Below, piece by piece: positions 45,766 through 54,253 of a stretch of DNA of 64,000 nt. Location of the stretch: positions 78 to 64,077 of the forward strand of contig JAHDDK010000017.1 in the NCBI GenBank assembly GCA_020629375.1, given 5' to 3'. The notes below the pieces were generated by a model. That model ran no database searches, was not told the origin of the DNA, and saw nothing but the letters and a program-made list of their open reading frames with translations. The translations under genes were made by a program, and so were the position numbers. The stretch comes from Acidimicrobiales bacterium (GTDB lineage Bacteria > Actinomycetota > Acidimicrobiia > Acidimicrobiales > SHLQ01). Numbering within the stretch: the stretch's first letter is position 1; each line of letters begins with the position of its first letter.

Positions 45766-46665
45766 CTAAGAAAAGCGCTGCTCGAGCTCGACGACCTCGG
45801 GTAGGCCGATGGTGTCGGTGAACTCTCCGAATGCCATGAGCTCATCAACGAACGCCGCCGGAGTGCCGTCGGCGCGAAGCCGACCGAGAAACTCCTGCAT
45901 CGCCCTCGTCGCGGAGAGCAGCGTCCCAATCGGCGCAATGATCATGGCGAAGCCAAGCTCGGCGATCGTGGCGTGGTCGAGCGGCGGCGTCTTGCCACCT
46001 TCGGCCCAGTTGAACAGCAACGGCACGCCCCCGAACTCCGTCGACACCCGTTCGATCTCCTCGATACCTTCGAGCGCTTCGACAAAGAGAACATCAGCGC
46101 CTGCCTCCGCACACGCGTGCGCACGTCGAATCGCCTCGTCGAGGCCATGGGGCGCCCGCGCATCGGTGCGGGCGATCAGCACGAGGTCGGGATCGGTTCG
46201 AGCGGCGGCGGCGGCGCGGACTTTGCCGACCATTTCTTCGTGCTCGACGACCTGCTTGCCCTCCATGTGCCCGCACTTCTTTGGGAGGACCTGGTCCTCC
46301 AAGTGCAATCCAGCCACGCCGGCGCGCTCGTACTCCTGCACCGTCCGAATGACGTTGATCTGATTGCCGTACCCCGTGTCCGCATCGGCAACCACGGGCA
46401 GCCGAACAGCGTCGACGATCCGACGTGCGTTGCCCACCATTTCGTGAAGGCCGAGCAAGCCGACGTCCGGCCGGCCGAGCAGGCCAGCGGATGTTCCGAA
46501 CCCGGTCATGTACACCGCATCGAATCCGGCTTGCTCGATCAGGCGGGCGCCGAGCGCGTCGTAGCAGCCGGGCAAGACCATGGGATTGCGTTCCGACATC
46601 GCCGATTGAAGTGCCGCACGAAGGGCGGGTCGCGGATTGGTCCGTGGAGCGAGGAGGTCGGCCAT
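45766..46665 (-). CDS. isocitrate lyase/PEP mutase superfamily protein (methylisocitrate lyase / phosphorylmutase-like)
   Basis: PGCYDALGARL...ADADTGYG...LEDQV..KKCGH motifs. Start taken at MADLL (46665). Confidence 0.85.
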   Translation of the reverse strand: MADLLAPRTNPRPALRAALQSAMSERNPMVLPGCYDALGARLIEQAGFDAVYMTGFGTSAGLLGRPDVGLLGLHEMVGNARRIVDAVRLPVVADADTGYGNQINVIRTVQEYERAGVAGLHLEDQVLPKKCGHMEGKQVVEHEEMVGKVRAAAAARTDPDLVLIARTDARAPHGLDEAIRRAHACAEAGADVLFVEALEGIEEIERVSTEFGGVPLLFNWAEGGKTPPLDHATIAELGFAMIIAPIGTLLSATRAMQEFLGRLRADGTPAAFVDELMAFGEFTDTIGLPEVVELEQRFS

Positions 46666-46786
46666 GGCAGCTCTTTCCCAGAGGAGTCCGCAGCCGGCCG
46701 AGAACCGCTCTCGCCCCAACCGAATCGTCGGGGTCCGGCGCTCGTCAGACAGTACCCACTTGGCCAGGACGTCTACGGTTCGAGCC

Positions 46787-47422
46787 ATGAGCCAGTCCCC
46801 CACCGACGATTATCGAGCGGCCGGGTTCAACCGTCGGCTCGGTCCAGGCGAACACATCGCCGTCCTTATCGTCGACATGTGCCGGGCGTACTTCACCGAG
46901 GGTTCGCCCCTGAACCTCGCTGACAGAGGACCGGTCGACGCGTGCAACGAGCTTGTCTCTGCAGCACGAGCCGCGCAGGTGCCAGTGCTGTGGAGCCGAG
47001 TGGAGTTCGGCGCCGATCCACTTGAGGCGCCTGGCCGAGTGTTCTACCGAAAAGTGGGCGCCCTCTCCTCGTTCGACGCCGGCAATCCACTCGGCGATTG
47101 GCTCGATGGGCTCGAGCCAATCGAGGACGAAGTCGTGGTGACGAAGACCGGCGCGTCCGCGTTCTTCGGAACGTCGCTCATCGACGAACTCCGGCGCCTC
47201 GACATCGACACGTTGCTGATCGGCGGCGTGTCGACCAGCGGCTGCGTCCGAGCAACGGCGATCGACGCGTGCCAACACGACATCGTGGCGATCGTCGTCG
47301 ACGACGCCTGCGGCGACCGCACGGAAGACATTCATCGTTCGAACCTGTTCGACCTCGATGCGAAGTACGCCGACGTCGAACCGCTTGGTCGAGCTCTCGA
47401 GATCCTGTCGGAAGCCGTCTAG
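46787..47422 (+). CDS. isochorismatase-family cysteine hydrolase (RutB-like amidohydrolase)
   Basis: VLIVDM, VVVTKTGASAFFGT and LLIGGVSTSGCVRAT (catalytic Cys) motifs. Start at ATG 46787. Confidence 0.8.
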   Translation: MSQSPTDDYRAAGFNRRLGPGEHIAVLIVDMCRAYFTEGSPLNLADRGPVDACNELVSAARAAQVPVLWSRVEFGADPLEAPGRVFYRKVGALSSFDAGNPLGDWLDGLEPIEDEVVVTKTGASAFFGTSLIDELRRLDIDTLLIGGVSTSGCVRATAIDACQHDIVAIVVDDACGDRTEDIHRSNLFDLDAKYADVEPLGRALEILSEAV

Positions 47423-47530
47423 AGAGCGTCAGTTGCGGACAGTTCACGTTGTCGTGACGTGTTACGCCCGTCACAGGTAGCCCCGCGCGTGATAGGCCCA
47501 GGGGACGCACCCTCCCGAAAGGCACTTCCC

Positions 47531-48580
47531 ATGGACGTCGGCATCTTCATTCCCATCGGCAACAACGGCTGGATGATGTCGAAGACGGCACCGCAGTACA
47601 TGCCGAGCTTCGAACTCAACAAGGAGACGGCGATTGAAGCCGAGAAGCAGGGCTTCGAGTTCTTGCTCTCGATGGTCAAACTCCGCGGGTTCGGCGGGGA
47701 CACCGAGTTCTGGGATCACAACCTCGAGTCGTTCACCCTGATGGCTGGCCTTGCGGCAGCGACGAACGACATTGGCTTGTACGCGTCGGTGGCGCTCCCG
47801 ACGATGGAACCGGCGATGGTCGCTCGAATGGCGTCGACGATCGACGACATCAGCGATGGACGTTTTGGCATCAACATCGTGTCGGGCTGGAATCAGATCG
47901 AGTACAGCCAGATGGGCGTCTGGCCCGGCGACTGGTACTTCGAGAAGCGCTACGACTACGCGACCGAATACGTGACGATCATGCAAGACCTGTGGTCGAC
48001 CGGTGCGAGCGACTTCAAAGGTGAGTACTTCCAGATGGACGACTGTCGTCTCTCACCGCCTCCCCGGGACAACAAGGTTCCGCTGGTCTGTGCCGGGCAG
48101 TCCGACCGGGGCATGGAGTTCTGCGCGACGTACGGCGACTACCAGTTCATCATCGGCACGAGCGACCTCGACGTTGTCCGAGCTGATGCCGCACGCCTGA
48201 TGGAAGCCGCCGAGAAGACTGGCCGCGACGTTGGGGTCTACGTGCTCTTCCAGATGACGATGGGCGAGACCGACGAAGAAGCCGAGGCCAAGTGGCAGTC
48301 GTACAAGGACGGCGCCGACCTGGAGGCGATCAAGTTCTTGATTGGCGCGGCCGAGATGGACACGGCTGGCGCCACGGCCGACAAGATCGCCGAGATGCAA
48401 CAGGCGTTCAACCTCAACATCGGCGCCATCGTCGGCAGCCACGCCACAATCGCTGCACGCCTCGACGAGGTCGCAGAGATCCCGGGCGTCAAGGGAACGA
48501 TGTGTGTTTTCGATGACTACCCCGTCGCCACGAAAGAGTTCGGCGAGAAGGTCATGCCCCTCATGCAATCCCGCAAGTGA
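47531..48580 (+). CDS. rutA: pyrimidine monooxygenase RutA-like LLM flavin monooxygenase
   Basis: The sequence appears alignable along its length with my recollection of E. coli RutA. Shared blocks: IFIPIGNNGW..S..APQYMP.FELNK and SM.KLRGFGG.TEFWDHNLESFTLMAGLAA. Confidence 0.8.
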   Translation: MDVGIFIPIGNNGWMMSKTAPQYMPSFELNKETAIEAEKQGFEFLLSMVKLRGFGGDTEFWDHNLESFTLMAGLAAATNDIGLYASVALPTMEPAMVARMASTIDDISDGRFGINIVSGWNQIEYSQMGVWPGDWYFEKRYDYATEYVTIMQDLWSTGASDFKGEYFQMDDCRLSPPPRDNKVPLVCAGQSDRGMEFCATYGDYQFIIGTSDLDVVRADAARLMEAAEKTGRDVGVYVLFQMTMGETDEEAEAKWQSYKDGADLEAIKFLIGAAEMDTAGATADKIAEMQQAFNLNIGAIVGSHATIAARLDEVAEIPGVKGTMCVFDDYPVATKEFGEKVMPLMQSRK

Positions 48581-48725
48581 GGGTCTGACCCCAACCTAAC
48601 GAACGTTCGGTAAGTCGGGGTCAGACCCCAACCGAACGCGCGTTAGGCAGGGTCAGACCCCAACCGAACGCGCGCTAGGCAGGGTCAGACCCCAACGAAC
48701 GGCGGGTCGGGAGGGGCCTGACCCC
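48581..48725. repeat. REP-like tandem cluster, 4 copies plus 1 variant
   Basis: Copies at 48581, 48617, 48650 and 48682, with variant GGGGCCTGACCCC at 48713. Spacers are about 20 nt and related to one another (AACCGAACGCGCGTTAGGCA twice). Confidence 0.85.
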
Positions 48726-48728
48726 AGA

Positions 48729-48877
48729 GCGGACAGGGGCCTCCGGCGATCCGCAGCGCGAGCCTCTTGCGAGCCTGCGGCGATAGACAGCAACGATCCG
48801 GCTCCGCCGGTCGTTGCGGACAGGGGCCTCCGGCAATCCGCAGCGCGAGCCTTTTGCGAGCCTGCGGCGATAGTCAG
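48729..48877. repeat. two 62-bp direct repeats (3 mismatches) flanking a GC-rich hairpin
   Basis: Units 48729-48790 and 48816-48877. The hairpin CAACGA-T-CCGGC-TCC-GCCGG-TCGTTG lies at 48791-48816. The second unit ends on the acyl-CoA dehydrogenase stop codon. Confidence 0.8.
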
Positions 48878-50136
48878 TCGTAGCGCGACACTTCGTGGCG
48901 GCCGACGACGAGGTGGTGGACTTCGTCGGGGCCGTCGGCCATGCGGAGCCAGCGTTGGCCCATGTACATCTCGGCGAGTGGGAACCATTGGGAGAACCCG
49001 GCGGCGCCGTGGATCTGCATGGCGTCGTCGACGATTTTGGCGGCCCGTTCGGGGACCATTGCTTTGACGGCCGAGACCCACACCCGGGCTTCGGCGTTGC
49101 CCATCGTGTCCATGGCCTTGGCGGCGCGGAGCACCATGAGGCGCATCGCTTCGATTTCGATGCGGGCCCGAGAGATCATCTCGATGTTGCCGCCGAGGGT
49201 TGCGAGAGGTCGACCGAAGGCTTCGCGGCTCTTACCACGCTCGACCATCATCTCCAGCGCCCGTTCGGCCGTTCCGATCGAGCGCATGCAGTGGTGGATG
49301 CGGCCCGGACCGAGTCGCAGCTGGCTGATCTCGAATCCGCGGCCAGGGCCGAGAAGCACGTTGTCCTTGGGGACCCGCACGTCATGGAACTTGATGTGCA
49401 TGTGTCCATGCGGGGCGTCGTCGTGACCGAAGACCATCATGGGCCCGACGATCTCGACCCCGGGTGTGTCGATGGGGACGAGGATCTGCGACTGCTGCTT
49501 GTGTGGCGGAGCGTCGGGGTCGGACTTGACCATCACGATCATGATTTTGCAGCGAGGGTCGCCGGCGCCGGAGATAAAGAACTTCTGGCCGTTGATCAGC
49601 CACTCCTCGCCGTCGAGCTCGGCGACGGTCGAGATGTTCTTGGCGTCGGACGAGGCGACGTTCGGCTCGGTCATCGCGTACGCCGAGCGAATCTCACCGG
49701 CGAGGAGCGGCTCGAGCCACTGCTTCTTCTGCTCCTCGGTACCGACATGCGCGAGCACTTCCATGTTGCCGGTGTCGGGTGCCGAACAGTTCAGGCACTC
49801 CGACGCGAGACGGTTCTTGCCGAGCTCCCCGGCGATGTATGCGTAGTCGAGGTTCGACAACCCCTCGCCTGTCTCAGCGTCGGGGAGGAAGAAGTTCCAC
49901 AGCCCTTGCTCTCGCGCCTTGGCCTTGACCCCTTCGAGCAGTTCGAGCTGACCGGGCATCCACGCCCAGCGGTCTTCGCGGCCTTCACCCAGCCGGTAGA
50001 ACTCCTCGGTGATCGGGTCGATTTCTTCGGCCATGAACTTCACGACGGCGTCGTAGAGCGGTTGGGCTTTCGCCGACATGGCGAGATTGAGGGCCTCGCT
50101 GCTCGGATCCTCGACGTGCAGACCTGGACGTGGCAT
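48874..50136 (-). CDS. acyl-CoA dehydrogenase (ACAD10/11-like)
   Basis: 420 aa with conserved YAMTEPNVASSD and QIHGAAGFS segments. Confidence 0.9.
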   Translation of the reverse strand: MPRPGLHVEDPSSEALNLAMSAKAQPLYDAVVKFMAEEIDPITEEFYRLGEGREDRWAWMPGQLELLEGVKAKAREQGLWNFFLPDAETGEGLSNLDYAYIAGELGKNRLASECLNCSAPDTGNMEVLAHVGTEEQKKQWLEPLLAGEIRSAYAMTEPNVASSDAKNISTVAELDGEEWLINGQKFFISGAGDPRCKIMIVMVKSDPDAPPHKQQSQILVPIDTPGVEIVGPMMVFGHDDAPHGHMHIKFHDVRVPKDNVLLGPGRGFEISQLRLGPGRIHHCMRSIGTAERALEMMVERGKSREAFGRPLATLGGNIEMISRARIEIEAMRLMVLRAAKAMDTMGNAEARVWVSAVKAMVPERAAKIVDDAMQIHGAAGFSQWFPLAEMYMGQRWLRMADGPDEVHHLVVGRHEVSRYD

Positions 50137-50198
50137 CGGTTCCCCTTTTGGATGTCGTGGTTCGAACGCTACCGCGCATCCGTGGCACGCTCTGAGCC

Positions 50199-51341
50199 GT
50201 GGCCGACCTGATGGATCGTTACCCCTTCATCGACGATCTCGAAGCGCGCGCTCGTCGCCGTCTGCCGCACTTCTCCTGGGAGTACCTCGCGAGCGGAACG
50301 GGCGACGAATCGTCCATGAATCGGAATCGCTCGGCGCTCGGTGAGGTCGTCCTTCAGCCCGAGCTGTGCAAAGGCGTACTCGAGCCGACCACAGACACGA
50401 CGCTCTTCGGTACGACCTATTCGGCGCCCATCGGTATTGCCCCGGTCGGGCTCACCAGCCTGATCTGGCCCGGGGCCGACGCTGCGCTGGCGACGACGGC
50501 CGCCGATGCACGCATCCCGTATGTCCTGAGCACGGTGGCCACCGGTCTGATCGAAGATGCGGGACGCCTCTCGAACGGCATGGGCTGGTTCCAGCTCTAC
50601 CCACCACGCGATCGCGCTCTCCGCCAAGACCTGCTCGACCGTGCGCTGGCCGCCGGGCTGACGACGCTCGTCGTGACTGCGGACGTTCCGTTCGCGAGCC
50701 GTCGTGAACGGCAACGCAAGGCTCACGTTCGGGTCCCTCCGGTCATCGGGCCGCGGGTCATCTGGCAGGCAGCCACTCATCCGGCATGGACAGTTGGCGT
50801 GCTGCGAACCGGCATGCCGCGCTTCCGGACGCTCGAGAAGTACGTCGACGCCAACACGATGAAACACATGGCCGGTTTCGTGGGCGCCAATCTCGGCGGG
50901 TCGTTGTCGTGGGACTATGTCGCTGAGCTCCGCGATGCCTGGGATGGTCCGCTTGTGGTGAAAGGCCTGCTCGATCCGGGCGATGCCCGCAGAGCGGTCG
51001 CCGCCGGCGCCGACGGTGTACAGGTGTCGAACCATGGAGGCCGCCAGCTCGAAGCGGCGCCGGCGGCCATCGACGCACTGCCCCAGATCGTCGACGCGGT
51101 GGGCGCTGACACGGCAATTCTGTTCGACTCGGGGATCCGCTCGGGTGCCGATGTGGCACGAGCGATTGCGCTTGGTGCCGACTTCGTTTTCTGTGGCCGC
51201 GCCTACATGTTCGGCCTCGGGGCACTCGGCGCCGACGGGGCCCAACATGCCCATCGGATCCTGCACGACGGACTCGTCAACGTGATGCATCAGACCGGCT
51301 GCTCGACGCTCGCCGACCTGCGAGACCGCGTCGCCCACTGA
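50199..51341 (+). CDS. FMN-dependent alpha-hydroxy acid dehydrogenase (L-lactate/glycolate oxidase family)
   Basis: [10 protein letters not shown] and [10 protein letters not shown] motifs. GTG 50199 or ATG 50211 as start. Confidence 0.9.
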   Translation: MADLMDRYPFIDDLEARARRRLPHFSWEYLASGTGDESSMNRNRSALGEVVLQPELCKGVLEPTTDTTLFGTTYSAPIGIAPVGLTSLIWPGADAALATTAADARIPYVLSTVATGLIEDAGRLSNGMGWFQLYPPRDRALRQDLLDRALAAGLTTLVVTADVPFASRRERQRKAHVRVPPVIGPRVIWQAATHPAWTVGVLRTGMPRFRTLEKYVDANTMKHMAGFVGANLGGSLSWDYVAELRDAWDGPLVVKGLLDPGDARRAVAAGADGVQVSNHGGRQLEAAPAAIDALPQIVDAVGADTAILFDSGIRSGADVARAIALGADFVFCGRAYMFGLGALGADGAQHAHRILHDGLVNVMHQTGCSTLADLRDRVAH

Positions 51342-51407
51342 CCGTCCAGAAGGTGTCGACGACGCTCGTCCCGTACTGTTGACCTCGGGCAAACAGGGGG
51401 AACGTCG

Positions 51408-53105
51408 ATGAGTGGGATGCCGTGGCGACAACGGGCTGAGCCGCCGGAGGTGACGATCACCTCGGGACGTCTACGAGGGGCGTGGAAGGACTCGGCGGAG
51501 GTCGCGGTGTTCGCCGGCGTGCCCTTCGCCGCTCCCCCCGTGGGCGATCGGCGATGGAGGCCGCCTCAGGCGGTGGAGTCGTGGACCGGCGTGCGAGCGG
51601 CGACGAAGGAGTCGCCGACGGCATACCAGCGTGCGGCGGGCATGGATGCGTTCATCACGATGCTCGTGAACGGACAGGGTTGGAGCCGTGCCCGAGCGAC
51701 GATGACCAAGACGTTGTTCGACAAGGCGCCACGTCCGAAGGAGAGCGAGGACTGCCTGTACCTCACCGTCCGGACGCCGGACCTGGGCGCCGACGCTCAG
51801 TTGCCAGTCATGGTGTGGATCCATGGCGGCGATCACTCCGACGGGTCGGGGTCTGACCCCTTCTATGCGTCGACCTCGTTGGCGAAGCACGGAGTCGTCA
51901 CCGTCAACATCAACTACCGACTCGGCCTGTTCGGCTACTTCGCACATCCCGAGCTGTCGGCCGAAGGCGGCCGCGGGGTGTCGGGCAACTACGGCACGCT
52001 CGACCAGATCGCCGCGCTGGAATGGGTGCGGGACAACATCTCGGCGTTCGGTGGCGACCCCGACAACGTGACCATCTTCGGCGAGTCCGCGGGTGGCGAA
52101 TCGGTTCTGCACATGATGACGTCGCCCGGAGCGCGCGGGCTCTTCCACCGAGCGATTCCGCAGAGCCCGGCCAACGGCGGCCAGATGATGCATCTCCGCC
52201 GCCCGTTCCTGAACTACGACGCCGCCGAAGATCGAGGGCTCACCTTCGCCGATGCACTGGGCATCACTGGCACTGGCCAGCTCGACCGCCTCCGAAGCCT
52301 GGCGCCCGACGAATTGATGGCGCTGGTTCGTGCCGCTCCGAGGCTCGGCGATCACTACCCCGTGATCGACGGAGAGGTCTTGCCCGAGTCCCCCCTCGCC
52401 GCATTTGCGGGCGGGCGGCAAGCCTCGGTTCCACTGCTCATCGGCTCCAACGCCGACGAAGGAACGTTGATCAAAGCGGCGCTGGACAGCCAGTCGCCGA
52501 TGGTCGAGTTTCGCCATCAGCCGGTCCCAGGAGATGGAGTGCAGCCGGAGATGGCCGAGGCGTTCGGTGACGATCTGGAAGCACTCACCACCCTCTACCC
52601 CGGCCTCGACCACAACGCCGAACGGGCGGCGGTCGACTTCATGGGGGATCACTTCTTCGGGGCGCGCGCCTACTGGTGTGCCCGCCACCATGCAGCAGCC
52701 GGCAATCCGACCTGGCTGTATCTCTTCACTCGTGTTCCGCCGAGCCCGAAGCAGACCGCCGGGGCGTACCACGGTGCCGAGTTGCCCTTCGTCCATGGCG
52801 TCAACATCCCGGTTCTGCCGCTGACAGCTGACGACAAACCCCTGGCCGCCCAGATCCAGGCGTACTGGACGTCGTTCGCCAAGACCGCAAACCCGAACGG
52901 CACCGCGTCGGTGTCGTGGCCGCCATTCGATCCGGCCGACCCCGTGTGGCTCGAACTCGACCACACCATCGAACCGAGAACGGTCGACCGCGTCGCGCAG
53001 TATGAGATCCTCAATCGTCGAACCGAACGGCTGGTCGCGGACATGGCGGAGCTGTCGAATGCTGCGCCGATCGATCTGACCGAGGTCCGCTCGACACAGC
53101 GATAG
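51408..53105 (+). CDS. type B carboxylesterase/lipase
   Basis: PVMVWIHGG oxyanion region and the nucleophile elbow FGESAGG. Confidence 0.9.
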   Translation: MSGMPWRQRAEPPEVTITSGRLRGAWKDSAEVAVFAGVPFAAPPVGDRRWRPPQAVESWTGVRAATKESPTAYQRAAGMDAFITMLVNGQGWSRARATMTKTLFDKAPRPKESEDCLYLTVRTPDLGADAQLPVMVWIHGGDHSDGSGSDPFYASTSLAKHGVVTVNINYRLGLFGYFAHPELSAEGGRGVSGNYGTLDQIAALEWVRDNISAFGGDPDNVTIFGESAGGESVLHMMTSPGARGLFHRAIPQSPANGGQMMHLRRPFLNYDAAEDRGLTFADALGITGTGQLDRLRSLAPDELMALVRAAPRLGDHYPVIDGEVLPESPLAAFAGGRQASVPLLIGSNADEGTLIKAALDSQSPMVEFRHQPVPGDGVQPEMAEAFGDDLEALTTLYPGLDHNAERAAVDFMGDHFFGARAYWCARHHAAAGNPTWLYLFTRVPPSPKQTAGAYHGAELPFVHGVNIPVLPLTADDKPLAAQIQAYWTSFAKTANPNGTASVSWPPFDPADPVWLELDHTIEPRTVDRVAQYEILNRRTERLVADMAELSNAAPIDLTEVRSTQR

Positions 53106-53206
53106 GCGGGCGTCATCGTCGCACTCACGAATCGGCGACTCGACGCGCTCCGCAGGTGGACGTCAGAAATAGCGAGGTCGTCCGATCACACGGACAGCGC
53201 TGCCCG

Positions 53207-53518
53207 TCAGCCGAGGGACCGCAGCGCGGCGGTTACGGCAGCGGCGGCGATGACGACGACGATGAACGGCGCTCGCCGCCACACGAGCACGGCAGCGACC
53301 GCAACTCCGGCGAGGCGGGCGTCGACTTCGATCGTTCTGCCCTGCGCAACCGTCAGCTGCACGATCACGGCCATCACGACGGCGGCCGGCACGAGTCCGG
53401 CCATTCGGGTCAGCTTGGGCTGGCGGTCGAGCCACGGCCCGAGCACAAACGCTCCGACGAGGCGCTGCCCCCACACGCCGATGACGAGCGCGACGATCAC
53501 GGCGACGCTCATCGTCAT
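53207..53518 (-). CDS. azlD: branched-chain amino acid exporter small subunit AzlD-like
   Basis: 103 aa, very hydrophobic. It overlaps the azlC-like gene by 4 bp. Confidence 0.7.
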   Translation of the reverse strand: MTMSVAVIVALVIGVWGQRLVGAFVLGPWLDRQPKLTRMAGLVPAAVVMAVIVQLTVAQGRTIEVDARLAGVAVAAVLVWRRAPFIVVVIAAAAVTAALRSLG

Positions 53519-54201
53519 GACCGACCTCGCACGGGAGCGACGGCAAGCACGGCACCGAAAACGCTGAGGATGATCGGCAGCCCGGCAGGAACAAACGGCA
53601 GCAGACCGAGGCAGATCAATCCGCCGGCCAGACCGGCGACGAACCCGTCGCGTGTTCGAAGAAGATTGCCGATGATCGCTAGTAGCGCGGCAGGAAAGAC
53701 CGCATCGAGGCCGAGCTGCGCCGTGTCACCCACCACGTTGCCCACGACGGTGCCAACGGTGATACCGGAGAACCAGCCGAGCATCATGGCCGCCGTCGTG
53801 CGCCAGAACTCCCGCTCGACTCCCGATGCTGTGGGCTGCTGGATTGCAATCGCGACGTTTGGGTCGAAGGCGTTCAGCGCGGCGAGGGCCCGGCGAGCAA
53901 CCCCGGCCGGAAGCCGGGGCACGAGCGACGTGGTCAGGATGCCGTACCGGCTGGCGACCACCCACCCGGCGACGACGGCCGCCCAGTCGGACCCACCGCC
54001 TTCCCGTACAGCCAGCCAGGCGAACTGCGATGTCGCCGAGAAGATCACAGCCGACGCGGCCAGAGCCCGGCCCGCCGATGTCCCGGCGTCGATGAGCGCG
54101 ACCTGCAACGTGACGCCCAACGAGAAGAACGTGAGCGCCATGGTGGCGAAGTCGATCTTCGAAAGACGTAGTGCGTCGGACGTCGCAGGATTTTGGTCCA
54201 C
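53515..54201 (-). CDS. azlC: AzlC family branched-chain amino acid exporter subunit
   Basis: 228-aa polytopic membrane protein. The AzlC-AzlD gene pairing supports the call. Confidence 0.75.
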   Translation of the reverse strand: MDQNPATSDALRLSKIDFATMALTFFSLGVTLQVALIDAGTSAGRALAASAVIFSATSQFAWLAVREGGGSDWAAVVAGWVVASRYGILTTSLVPRLPAGVARRALAALNAFDPNVAIAIQQPTASGVEREFWRTTAAMMLGWFSGITVGTVVGNVVGDTAQLGLDAVFPAALLAIIGNLLRTRDGFVAGLAGGLICLGLLPFVPAGLPIILSVFGAVLAVAPVRGRS

Positions 54202-54253
54202 TGACCCAGTGGATCACGAAATCGCTCCGACGTCTTCCGGGCAGGTCGGAGAT

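Noticed and set aside
48581-48725. CRISPR-like appearance of regularly spaced short repeats (also 29015-29161)
   Set aside because: The repeats are only 12-13 nt and palindromic. The spacers are about 20 nt and similar to each other. No cas genes are present. The same repeat is scattered singly through coding regions.
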